Assembly: GCF_963921235.1 (NCBI RefSeq)
Contig: NC_086097.1
Coordinates: forward strand, 52,268,001 to 52,332,000
From: Mobula hypostoma
Lineage: Eukaryota
DNA: 64,000 bases
Direction of reading: 5' to 3'
Part shown: piece by piece, positions 63,616 through 64,000 of the stretch
How positions within the stretch are numbered: position 1 is the stretch's first letter
Layout of the letters: the number at the start of each line of letters is the position of its first letter
The notes under the pieces: model-generated
The model's database searches: none
What the model saw: only the letters and a program-made list of their open reading frames with translations
What the model was told of the DNA's origin: nothing
Translations under genes and position numbers: made by a program

Positions 63616-64000
63616 TATCCTTTTTTAAGGATATTTGAAATACCTCTGCAAGAGCCACTGCAATCTTTGTGCTAGTGTCCTTCAAGGTCCAAAGAGACAC
63701 TTTGTCAATTACCGGGGACGTATCAACCCTAATTTGCCATAAAACAGCAAGCGCCTTTCTCTTCTGTAATCTGTATATGGTCCATGACCTCACTATTTTG
63801 CCTCTGCCCAATAGACTTAGTGACCATCTCCCAAGTACTCTCCAGGCAAAAATAGAACCTGAAACCTTCAAGGGAAATCAAAGCTGGCAGAGGAATATCA
63901 TCTGTGGCTGAAATTTTATCCATTTTACATTGTTTCTCAAAATACTCAAAGTACTCAAAGTACTCCCAGTACTGAAAAAGGTCTCCATTAAGCGCTCCAA

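Larger units (their letters stand above)
61310..63860 (-). mobile_element. CR1 LINE carrying nested Rex1 and CR1 insertions
   Basis: [38 protein letters not shown]; tail at about 61310. Confidence 0.9.

Noticed and set aside
63941..63977. Short (gtactcaaa)-type tandem repeat or CRISPR-like array
   Set aside because: Simple minisatellite without spacers; eukaryotic context and no cas genes anywhere in the window

Overview
Eukaryotic, repeat-rich non-coding DNA. The repeat families (several CR1 LINE subfamilies, HE1/V-SINEs, DeuSINEs, Rex1/Babar, Penelope-like inverted elements) point to a cartilaginous fish, probably a ray; this is inferred from family recognition, not from a search. No host protein-coding exon could be supported. 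The recognisable ORFs are transposon remnants; most others are antisense shadows of transposons or low-complexity frames. Resolved structures: a two-LTR, internally deleted Gypsy element with PNMA-like gag (15933-18821; tRNA-Pro PBS, PPT, TAAT TSD), a BEL/Pao remnant, two solo LTRs with 5-bp TSDs, two hAT MITEs with 8-bp TSDs, an old Vingi LINE and many nested insertions. The two most interesting items are a ~1 kb fold-back Penelope-derived element whose arms carry minimal type-I hammerhead ribozyme motifs (intact core at 30625-30662, minus strand), and a ~3 kb TE-free, CpG-retaining island (about 45550-48650) resembling the promoter and first non-coding exon of an unidentified plus-strand gene. 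I found no convincing wholly new biological system. Boundaries without a TSD are approximate.
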